Below, in pieces: positions 27,930 through 40,100 of a DNA stretch of 64,000 nt (positions are counted from its first letter, which is position 1; each line of letters begins with the position of its first letter). A model generated the notes under the pieces. It searched no databases, was not told the DNA's origin, and saw nothing but the letters and a program-made list of their open reading frames with translations. Made by a program: the position numbers and the translations under genes. This stretch comes from Octopus sinensis (Eukaryota). The stretch covers positions 23,039 through 87,038 of the forward strand of contig NW_021833043.1 of assembly GCF_006345805.1 (NCBI RefSeq), read 5' to 3'.

Positions 27930-28331
27930 GACAGTCTGAGAATGCGGGTTAGTAAAAAAAATTCTATATATATATATATTAAAAAAAATTACATATATTT
28001 CTGGCAAAGAGGAAATTGCACAATAAAAATAAAATGGAAAAAACTAAGGAAAATAACTGAGAGGAACCCAATGGCATAAAATAGGATGGTTAAGTTAAGG
28101 AATGTTGCACAGAATGGCATATACAAATTCCTGATTTTTCTGGTGTGTACATGTGTATGTATGTATATATATTATATATATATATATATATAGACACACA
28201 CGTGTTCCTTTGTTTATGCATAAAGAACATGAGGTAAGACTAAATGGTAAGACGAAATGCAAAAATATATTAGTAGAAGACCCCCGTTATATAGCCTCGA
28301 TATGTGTATATAAAGGTAGGTTTATGCTTAC

Positions 28332-28334
28332 CGA
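28332..28334 (-). CDS. Candidate 3-nt microexon (TCG; adds one Val in a phase-1 context)
   Basis: The minus strand reads gtacttttttttcttttcatttacag|TCG|gtaagc: a long pyrimidine tract and CAG immediately followed by 3 nt and a consensus donor. Confidence 0.5.
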
Positions 28335-28568
28335 CTGTAAATGAAAAGAAAAAAAAGTACAATCAATGAATATGAATATATAATTGCAAAATTGTGTATA
28401 TGTATATACGAGACATAAATATAGAAAAATAGAGACATGCTGCGTACATACATAACAATACAGACATAGATACATCGGGTTGGATACAACGATATATGGC
28501 TAAATAAATAAATAAATAAATAAATAGATAAATAAAGGGATTTGCTGGAGGTAAAAATGAATGGATTC

Positions 28569-28599
<31 letters not shown>

Positions 28600-28866
28600 T
28601 GTGTTTCACAATCATAAGATCTCTGGTTCTCAATTTCCTTACAAGGTACCTTGGGGCCCAATTGTCTTGTGCTAGTTCTTCAGAAGGGCCAGCCTTGTTA
28701 CACACTTTGACATGCTGATGCAGCCTGAGGAATATGTTAAGGGTACACCTGTATGGGAAACATTCATTCACTACTTGCGCTATAATCCAGGAAGATAATC
28801 GGTCAGACAACTAGAATGCTCATTGCTAAAACTGACAAAGATTCATCTACCTATATGTATGTGTGT

Positions 28867-28898
<32 letters not shown>

Positions 28899-28911
28899 CA
28901 TACATATATAT

Positions 28912-28952
<41 letters not shown>

Positions 28953-28981
28953 CATACATATATATACACAACATATATATC

Positions 28982-29016
<35 letters not shown>

Positions 29017-29285
29017 TTATATATATATATATAAAACATAAATATATATACACATACTATATATATATACATACATATATATATATATACATACATATTT
29101 ACTACATACATATATATATATACATACATATTTACATACATATATATATATATACATACATATTTACATACATACATATATATATATATATATTAATAAT
29201 GATAAAATGACAACAAAAGAATGAATGAGACCATGATATTATGTAAATAGAGGAATTTCAAGGCATTTTCATTGACTATCGTCTA

Positions 29286-29346
29286 AATAGCCGATGAAAA
29301 TTCCTACAAGCTCTTAGCTCCAGTATTTGAAACTCTGAGTTTTATT
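29286..29346 (+). ncRNA. Hammerhead-like motif with variant core CCGAUGA
   Basis: AAUAG-CCGAUGA-AAAU...AUUU-GAAA-CUC-U-GAG-UU/UUAUU. Shares the gaaactc(a/t)gagttttat block with 3197-3213. Confidence 0.4.
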
Positions 29347-29377
29347 ATGACAACTTACTGATTGTCCTATTCTATAC

Positions 29378-29408
<31 letters not shown>

Positions 29409-29722
29409 CCATGCTAGCATGGAAAGTGGACGCTAAATGATGATGATGATATACTATACTATACTGAAATATTCGGTGTATGAACTTTGGATTTATGAAC
29501 TGGACAAGCAGCAAAATATAAATTTGAGGAACAAAAATATTGCAATAACTACCACTGGTCAATTTGTTAGCCAAATTTGACTACTACAGAGTGCTTAAAA
29601 AGTATTTGCCTAGATTTGTAATCCTTTTTTCTTTTATGAGGACGACATAACCGAATGAAGTGAAACAATGGGAATGAGTGCTCGACAACGCAGTGTCGCG
29701 CACTCATTCCCATTGCTTTTTA

Positions 29723-29793
<71 letters not shown>

Positions 29794-30024
29794 AATACAA
29801 AAAAGAAAAGTCAATGTAGCACGAATAATGTTTAGAAATGAGATGAAAAAAAAATACTCAATGCAGAAACACAGTGCAAATATTTATGATAGAGCTTAGA
29901 TTACTCTCTGTTGATATTACTCAGTTTGACATACATGGCTGATTACACAACTGCAATCAGTGTCATACAAGCAACCTAAATAAAATGACAAAGAGTAACT
30001 TCAACATATATATATATATACATA

Positions 30025-30315
30025 TGTGGAGGTGCAATGGCCCAGTGGTTAGGGCAGCGGACTCACGGTCGTAGGACTGCTGTTTCAATTCCCAGACCGG
30101 GCGTTGTGAGTGTTTATTGAGCAAAAACACCTAAAGCTCTACGAGGCTCCGGCAGGGAGTGATGGCAATCCCTGCTGTACTCTTTCGCCGCAACTTTCTC
30201 TCGCTCTTTCTTCTGTTGGCCTGCTCACTTAGCCAGCAGGGTGGCATCATTCGAAGGCTAAAACAATGCGAAGCGCATTGTGACCAGCGATGTGTAGCAA
30301 CATCTGATAGCCTGT
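30025..30315 (+). mobile_element. SINE family E with tRNA-derived head
   Basis: gtggaggtgcaatggcccagtggttagggcagcggactc...tttcaattcccagacc. An inverted copy lies at ~26700-27025 and a partial one at ~33330-33450. Confidence 0.8.
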
Positions 30316-30760
30316 ATGTATATATATATGTATATACAAATACATTCATGTATACTGTGCTAGTGTATCTCATGCAACATGGTCTTACCGTCCATATTAA
30401 GTTGGTGCAACCATGATGTGAGGTGTAACTGAAGACTAATACAGAGATGAATAGCAACAACAAGCACACGGTGGCATATGGAAGCAAAGAGTGAGATGAT
30501 TAAATGATAACATAAACTAAAATATTAACTGGAAGTCTTCTGGCTGGTTTATGTTCTATTGCTTGATGATTCTGTGAGCACTTTGATTGTGTAGCTCTTT
30601 ATTAGATCGACTGATAGGGTGGCAGTTGGAATGGTCATGGGTCGGAGAGACTACATACGTATTTCCATGTTGCTTACTCTTTTCTGCTGTTCCAAGTACT
30701 TATATATTTGCTGAGGGGAAATATTTCTGCTACATGTGTGCACATGCAAAGATGCATGCA

Positions 30761-30804
<44 letters not shown>

Positions 30805-30945
30805 TATATATATGTATATATATATATGTTTTCATTCCCATATATATATACATACATATATATATTTATATAAATGTGTTTTCATTCCCATATATATACA
30901 TATATATATATATATATTTATATAAATGTGTTTTCATCCATATCC

Positions 30946-30981
<36 letters not shown>

Positions 30982-31090
30982 TATATATATATATATATAT
31001 ATAATGTGTGTTTTTTCATTCCCATATATATACATACATATATATATATAATATTCATAACACATACATTCATAGCAACATAAACATATA

Positions 31091-31325
31091 CAGGGTGGCC
31101 CAAAAGTAGGTTTACAGTTATCACGTAGGCACTTTAAATTTCTTTTAAAACATTTTATTACATTTAAATTTCTATCTTACAAACTGAAAAGGGAGCTTGA
31201 CAAAATTAACTAAATTAGCATAGGATAATGGTTTCACATTTTTTTATAATTAAGATCTAAACTGTTAATATATGAATGCGAAAGAGATAATTGAATAACT
31301 GTAAACTTACTTTGGGGCCACCCTG
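31091..31325. mobile_element. Tc1/mariner-type MITE
   Basis: 31-bp TIR cagggtggcc(c)aaagta(g/a)gtttacagttat with 2 mismatches. TA duplication on both sides. Confidence 0.85.
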
Positions 31326-31899
31326 TATGTATATATATATACACACATATGCATATCCAAAGATACACATACAGAGATGGATACAGATATGCATATACAT
31401 ACACAGATATATACATATTTATATGTATATATTTATATAGGTATGAGTGTATATGCATACACACACACACACAAAGATATACATGTAAACATACATACAC
31501 ACATGCATAGATACATATGTATATTTATGCAGGTATGGCTGTGTAAATGAATATACACATGTGAAAATATATATACATATGGATGCATGTGTATCTGTGC
31601 AAACATGCATGAGTGTGTATTTGTGTGCAAAAATGTGTACGTCTGTTCCCTTCTTTAAGTGAAAAGTGATGCGCATATATACATATAACATGTTGATGGT
31701 AAAAAAAAAATTACTTAAGTACTATTGACCAACCTTGGTTGCCACTAGCAACAAAGAGTTTTAGAATAAATATATAAATAAATAAAAGCAATATATATGT
31801 ATATATAGATAAATAAAATATATACTAAAAACTAAGAAAAACAAAATTGGAAGCATTAAGAAAAAAATTGTTAAAAAATTTAATTTAAGGAGGTCATTA

Positions 31900-32700
31900 T
31901 CACAGGATAAGTGAAGATGCTATGGTAGGGAAATATGGGACAGAGGTAGGGATGCAGAAGAGCTGTGAGTAAAATGGACCCTGGGTGGAGAGGAGAGGTG
32001 GTGGATGAAGACAGGGGTCTTGAAGGGTTAGTCAGTGGTTGTGTTGGGCAGAGGAGGCAGTTGGGGGTCGGGGTGGGGAGAATGTTGGGTAGAGAGGTGG
32101 TCATTAGGGGAGAGAGGTGGTCAGTGGATGTGGATAGGGCGAGTAAGGGGTTTGGTTGGACAGGGAGGGGGTTGCAGCGGGAAGCAATTGGGGAAAGTGG
32201 AGTTGGTGATGAAGGCGCTGGGTGGAGGTGATTGGATAGAGAAGTGATCGGGGGGGGGAGGCATTGGGGTGACCATTTTGGGTGAGTAGGTGGCGATTAG
32301 TAATGGGGTGGGTGCAGACGTAGTGGGGAGAGAGAGAGGTTGGGTGAAGAAATGGCAGTTGGTCATTAACAGTGGGTGGTGGTCTTGGTTGGATAAGGGA
32401 GGTGTTCAGGTAGGGAGAACTTGGGTAGGGATGTTAGTGGGGATAGTTAGATCATAGAAAGAGGTGCTGGGAGAAGGAAATCAGGCAAGGAGGTGGTGGT
32501 GATCAGTAATTGTGGTGGGTTGAGTGGGATGGGGGAATTGGAGAGGAGAGGGGTTGGGAGGGGAGGTGATTGGGGAAAGGACAGTTGAGTTAGAAAAGGG
32601 GTAATTAGGGAGGAGAGTGGGTAGGAAGGGAGTGACCAGTGATTGTTGTTGGTAGTGGCCATGGATGGGTAGGGAGAGAGAGCAGATGACACAGGCAGAA
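31900..32700. repeat. G-rich/purine-rich low-complexity tract (others at ~25760-26420, 43300-43970, 45640-46020 and 47130-47510)
   Basis: G-runs and (GGT)n/(GA)n on the plus strand. Confidence 0.75.
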
Positions 32701-33248
32701 AGGGAGAGAAAAATTTGGAAGATACAACAATTAAAAAATAAATAAATAGATAATTTTTTTTAAAAAACGGTGTTTGAAGAGGAGTCAGTAGCTTAGGGTA
32801 AACAATAACGAGGGGTTGATAAGTGTCGGTGGGGGTATGCAGAAATAGTAATAAGTGGGTATGTGGGTGGGTAATTGGTTAAATTAGAGTAAATCACCCA
32901 GGGTATTGATTAAAGACTTTTTTTTTTATTTAAAAGCAATAAAACCAAAAAAACTAAAAATTTAAAATAATTAACTATTTTTTTCCAGTATTGAATACAA
33001 TGGCAGAGAAAGCCTCACCACAAAAACAAATAATTTTTTTTTTTAATTAAGCTAAGCAATTAAGTGATCTATTGTTGCATAAATTAAGGCAGCAGATGTA
33101 GAGGGCTGAATACAACAGGTAATGAAAAGCACTAGAAATGCTATGTTCTGGTGCTCCAGCAGGGACTTAAGCCAGGGATGATTGATTAAAAATGATTCAG
33201 CTATAGTTGAAGAATTTAACGAAATACAAATACACACACACACACACA

Positions 33249-33327
<79 letters not shown>

Positions 33328-33443
33328 TGATATCTCGTGACCGACCAGGCTATCAGATGTTACTACACATCGCTGGTCACAATGCGGTTTGCATTGTTTT
33401 TTTAGCCTTCAGATGACGCCACCCCGCTGGCTAAGCGAGCAGG

Positions 33444-33510
<67 letters not shown>

Positions 33511-35569
33511 ACATATAATACATATATATACATATATACACATATACATATATATACATATATATATACATATATATATCCATCTAACTTTTCTGCACCC
33601 TATTCCTGAAGGGTTATGGGAAAAGAGTCCCTAGGCACCCACTTCATAGGGTTCAATCAGAAGCGACCATTAGCAGGCTTTCCAATTGGATTCTTACACA
33701 CAACTGACTCCAGGCATCTCGCTTGTCATCTACCCCTAGTATATATATATATATATATATATATATACGGTATGATGGGTAAACTGTTGCCATTTTATCG
33801 TTTTAATTTTGCGCATGCGCACATTGTTTGATTAACAATGGGAAAATCCAAAAATTTGGGTGGGGAGGGTAAAGGATTCATTTTATAGACAAAGCAACAA
33901 ATTTAGCTCTGCCACCTATAGAAAGAACAAACGGGAAGGAAAGGCTGACGGAGTTGAAAACAGAGGAAAATAAAAGGAGGGTTGAACCATGTGAACACAC
34001 ACTAAAGATGTGAAAGAAGAACAAAAAAAGCTTTCCACCTCTCGCTCTTTTTATTGTGGGGTAAGAAAAAGGGTGAGGATTTATCATGCAGCAATCAATG
34101 ATCACAAAAAGCATTACCTTATTTATCTGAGGTTGTCAACAGTTAAGATAAATACTCAAAGATATGTAGTTATTTCATCAAATTTTTATTTTCAATGATT
34201 TAGTAAATTTTTTTGATATTTTTTTCAAAATCGAATTTTTTTTTTTTTTGTAAATAATTCTGCGAGATTAAAGGTTCAAATGATTAAGAGAACAATTAAT
34301 TTAGTCATGATTTTTTTGCTCTTTTCATTTTGTTATAATTCTATTTTATTTTATTTTCGTATTATTTTTCTTGCTTCACCTATATATCAACATACATCCT
34401 TATACGTCCATCATTTTGGCTTACCCAATAGGGGATAAAAAGGACACAAAGAGGAAGATAATAAAATTCCTACTTTTATCTCTCCCTGTATAGAAACACA
34501 GAAAAAGAGAGAGATAGCTTATACCATTCCATTCAAGAATTTAGAGAGGCCTAATAATATAACAAAGAATTTTCTTCTTTTTTGTAATCATAAAATTCAT
34601 GCTCAGAACATAACAAAGGCCATTTACATAAAACTATGACGTAAGAATTCAATTTAAATATAAAACACCTTAATTAAAGCAGAACTCTTTGTACCAAAGA
34701 GCCATAACTGTTCTAAAGCAGGGGTTTGGTTCCAAAAGGGTTATTGGAAAAGTTTCCATTATTAACTGGCTCCCATTCATATTGCTAATGAAATACACTG
34801 TTTATGTATTTTGGGAGTTTAATTAATTTTTAAAATAATCAAGAATTTGGAATGATTAACAATAGGTTCTTACATGAACAGTTCTGATTTATATTTACCA
34901 TTCCATCAGGCTAATAAAAGAATATTAAACAGGAGTCAACAAAGCGCAGGAGTGGCTGTGCGGTAAGTAGGCTCAGGAATGGCTGTGTGGTAAGTAGCTT
35001 GCTTGCAAACCACCTGGTTCTGGGTTCAGTCCCACTGCCTGGCACCTTGGGCAAGTGTCTTCTACTATAGCCTTGAGCCAACCAAAGCCTTGTGAGTGGA
35101 TTTGGTAGATGGAAACTGAAAGAAGCCTGTCATATATATGTATATGTGTGTGTGTTTGTGTGTCTGTGTTTGTCCCCCCAACATCGCTTGACAACCAATG
35201 CTGATGTCTTTACATCCCCGTAACTTAGCTGTTCAGCAAAACAGACCGATGGAATAAGTACTAGGCTTACAAAGAATAAGTCCTTGATTTGCTCAACTAA
35301 AGGTGGTGCTCCAGCATGGCCGCAGTCAAATGACTGAAACAAGTAAAAGAGTAAAATAGTAAAGCAGCAAGTATGCAGTCACTTCTTGCTAGAAATGGCT
35401 ACCTAATTACCCTTAAATGCCACCTTAATGACTTAGAAAAATAAGGATACATAGGAAAAGGGATTACTTATTAATTACTTGTACCCATGGCATTCACCCA
35501 GGGTGGACAAGCTGGCACTGACCAATGAGTAATGTTTGGAGTTTCAATGGGAATAACTATTTCCAATTT

Positions 35570-36575
35570 TGGCATAAAAGGCCAGAAACCTTTTAGTGGG
35601 AGGGAGTTAAGGTAATTACATTGACTAAGTACTTCACCTGTACTTTATTTTATCAATCTCCAAACCTGATCTCAGTGAATTTCACTGGTACTTAATTTAT
35701 CGACGCTAAAAGGATAAAAGGCAAAGTTGACCTCGGCAGAATTTGAACTCAGAATATGTAAGGATGGCTGAAATACTGCCAAGTATTTCAACCGGCATGC
35801 TAACAACTCTGCCAGTTTGCCACCTTAATAATAATAATTTTAATAACAATTGTTTCTACTAAAGGCACACGGCCTGAGATTTCAGGTAAGGAGCTAGTCG
35901 ATTATATTGACCCCAGTGCATAACTGGTACTTATTTCATTGACCCTGAAAGTATAAATGACAGAGTCAACCTTGGCGGGATTTGAACTCAGAATGTAGAG
36001 GCAGACAAAATGCCATTGAGCACTTTGCCCAGCATGCTAATGATTCTGTCACCTCACCACCATTTTAATAATAATAATAATAATAATAATAATTATAATA
36101 ATAATAATGATAATCCTTTCTACTATAGGCACAAAGCCTGAAATCTTGGGAGGAGGAAACTAGTCAATTACATCCACCCCAGTGTTTCACTGGTACTTAA
36201 ATTAACAGCCCCGAAAGGATAAAAAGTAAAGTCGACCTCAGCGGAATTTGAACCCAGAACGTAGCGACAGGTGAAGTACTGCTAAGCATTTTGTCCACCA
36301 TGCTGACAATTCTGCCAGCTCACCACCTTCATAATAATAAGAGTAGTAATAACGATCTCAAATTTTGCCACAAGGGCAGCCATTTTTTTGGGGGGGAGGG
36401 GGGTAAGATGATCACATCAATCCCAGTGTTCTTACTGGTACTTAATTTATCGAAACCGAAAGGATGAAAGGCGTAGTCGACCTCGACGGAATTTGAACTT
36501 AGAATGTAGCGACGGGTGAAATACCGCAAAGCATTTCGCCCAGCATGCTAACGATTCAGCTGGCTCACTGCCTTA
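35570..36575 (-). mobile_element. SINE family A cluster (about 4 copies)
   Basis: Same consensus. Further copies at ~13095-13305, 24425-24715, 38175-38370 and 40905-41400. Confidence 0.85.
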
Positions 36576-36576
36576 C

Positions 36577-36622
<46 letters not shown>

Positions 36623-36733
36623 TGAAGATGATGATGATGATGATGATGATAACTTCTTTATAATATTAATATTCATTGTTGGCAACCTCAAGATAATTTA
36701 TTAAACAGCAGACAACATAAAGACAAAATCATG

Positions 36734-36790
<57 letters not shown>

Positions 36791-38862
36791 GTATATATGG
36801 TAGATGTAGAGCAGATGTAAGAGATATATATGTTATGTATATACAAAAGAATGAGATGAAATAAGATGGAACAAACCTGGAGAGAGTCCTGGTGAGACTT
36901 GATTAGGAAAAGAAGAGAAAGAAATGATCGTTTATTGATGGCTTATTTATACATGCATGCACACACACACACACATATACACACATATGCATACATATGT
37001 AGAAATGTATATATGCATGTATATACATAAACACACACACGTGTGCGCGCGCGTGTATATGTGTGTGTGTGTGTGTAATTCATGAACAGCAACAATAAAT
37101 GGCAATATACATTCATGGCATTGCAAGGAAATCTTCATAAACAGTTATTTAGCAATTGTCAAAGAACCAGCAATTTACGATGCTCATGTGAAAGAATGAA
37201 TATTATTATGATAGTGATGATGATAATATTAATGATAATAATAATAATAATAACAATGGCAAATAATGATTCAGTTTGTTTTTGTTTTTCTTTTGTTTAT
37301 CTTTTCGTTTACCATAGGCACAAGGTGACAAATTAGTAGGTACAGGAATTAGTTGACTATCGAACCTCTAGTACTAAACTTGTATTTTATTTAACACCAC
37401 CTGCCTTTTCACCAGATGAATGACATGAAAAGTTGACCTTCACAAGATCTGGATTGTAAAGTGTTGAGTTTGAATACTGTAATGTGTTTGATCCCACGCA
37501 AATGACTTTGACAATTCTCAGCCCTCACTATTAACAATAATGGTCCCTAATATAGGCACATGGTTACAAATATGGAAGCATAGGACATGGTTAATTGTAC
37601 AATTCCAGTACTTGACTGGTACTTTATCAACCCCAGGGAAGATGAAAGGCAAATTTGACCTCAGCATGATTTGAACTCGGAGCTACAAGATTACAAATAT
37701 GGAGGCAGAAGGTGTTGTCAATTATACCAACTCTAGGTGTTTTAAGGTAAGTAACTAAATACTGCACATCATTTTATATATTGCTGTATTCTTTCTGCAA
37801 TAATGAAGGTCACCAACTTCGGTAAAAATGACATACATTTTTACAGAAAATGCATGTGACAATTTAAATTAACCCCAATTAAGTGTATGAAAGATCTTTA
37901 TTTTAGCCTCCATGGATGGCTGAAAAAGCAAATTTTCAGTCTACACAGAAATATACATGAAAAAGATTCAGTAGATCTATTTAACATCCTAGTATATGAC
38001 CAGGGTTTTATTTTACTGATCCTGGTAGAATGAAAAACAAGGACAATTGAAGTGGGGTTTAAAAGCAGAAAGGAAAACAATCAGACCCATACACCACAAG
38101 GCATTTTGTCTCACACTGGAAAAAACCTGCCAATTCAAAGCCATTGGTTCATCAGTGATGTTAACAGCTCTTTCTAATTTTGGCACAAGCTAGCAATTTT
38201 GAGGGGATAGCAAAGTCAATTACTCTGAGCCTAGTACTTGACCTGTTCTTTATTTTATCAACCCCCAAAAGGATGAAATGCAAAGCTGACCTCAATCGCA
38301 TTTGAACTCAGAAATGCCACTAAGCGTTTGGTTCGGTGCAGTAACAATTTTACCAACTCACTGTCTTAATGAAGCTATTAATAATAAAATGTTCTTCGAT
38401 TTCTTACAGAAACATAACATGGTAGAAGGGTGGGTTGCAACATGACTGGTGTAATCTCCAAGAGAAGAGACCATGATAGATTACTACAGAGAATACTTTT
38501 AATAAATGAGAAATCACACATGCAAATATTAATCCTACCAATTCATCACACATTACAGAAATGACAAAGGACCGAGGTACCTAGCACATTGCTGTACTCA
38601 AGTGGACCCATCTGCCAATACAGAACTGATTTCGGTGCTGGGACCACATAAAAAGCACCCAGTACACTTTGTGGAGTGGTTGGCATTGGGAAGGGCATCC
38701 AGCTGTAGAAACAAACCATGCCACAACAGACGATGGAGCCTGTTTCAGCCCCTGGCCTTACCAGATACGGTCAAACCGTCCAACCCATGGTAGTATGGGA
38801 AACAGACATTAAATGATGATGATGATATCATTATATGAGTGTTCATACATACATACATACAT

Positions 38863-38921
<59 letters not shown>

Positions 38922-39081
38922 CAGATAAACACATACACAAAAATGGTTGGTGTTAGAAAGCGCATCCAGCCAAAGAAACCATGCTAAAGCAGAGAGCAGG
39001 GCTTTGTATAATCTGATTTGCCAGTTCTTCTGTTAAACCATCCAATCCATGCCAGCATAGAAAACAGACGTTAAATGATGA

Positions 39082-39122
<41 letters not shown>

Positions 39123-39722
39123 ATTTAAACAGTATTATTTTTCGCATGGGCTTAGTCTCATGCCATTGTAATTTTTCAAATGTGTGGTAGCAAGTCTTGC
39201 ACAACCCTTCTCCCCTGAAAACAAATAATGTGTGAGTAGTCTACCAATGTGCTGTTAGACCCTCAAACATCAAAGCTAATGGGAGAATTTACTATATATG
39301 TTTATAATCAATGTGGTAAGATGCTAGCTTTTTTTAAAATTTTCTTCTTATGCAAAATACCAAAATGCTCAATAAAAACTCACAGAATCTCAAAGAGTAT
39401 CTCATATTTAGTACTCATAACTACTTCCATAGCATGGCTACATGCTATTGTCCTGTACCTTAGTCACTGAAATTTTCAGTGGAATCTGTTGTAATTGTTG
39501 AAGCAAAAGACAAAAATGCAACATGTCATGTGCCACCCTATAATGAAAAGAAATACAGAGTTAATTTCGACCTGCATACACAGAATGAAATCGTTGTTAA
39601 CTCCCTTGATGGCAACTACAGGCAGAGAATCAATGATATCACACATCATATGACATGCTGCTATCTTCTTCTTTCCTTCAGCAACTATGACAGAATTCAC
39701 TGACGATATGATGATGAATATG

Positions 39723-39782
<60 letters not shown>

Positions 39783-40063
39783 GTAATTTATAATGAAGTT
39801 ATAGAGCAATATTTATTTTTATCAATTTGTTTATTAACGTTTCTTTCTTTATCATTTATTACTATTTTTATTTAGCAGCTAATTAATATCTGAAATAAGA
39901 TGATCAAAGGATAATTAACGATGATGACAACAACTGCAACTACGACAACAACAACCAAGAACTAGAGACACTACTACTGGTACTGCTACAAGAACAACAA
40001 CATCAATTATGTAACATCAACAACATCACTTGCAGCAAACTGCAAGAAATTATAAACAATTAC

Positions 40064-40100
<37 letters not shown>

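Noticed and set aside
34118-34126. 9-nt cag|ATAAATAAG|gtaatg candidate microexon
   Set aside because: Poor pyrimidine tract and an in-frame TAA in phase 1.
39479-39703. Antiparallel 74-aa ORF pair as protein-coding
   Set aside because: Their similarity is explained by the DNA inverted repeat, and there is no good donor site.
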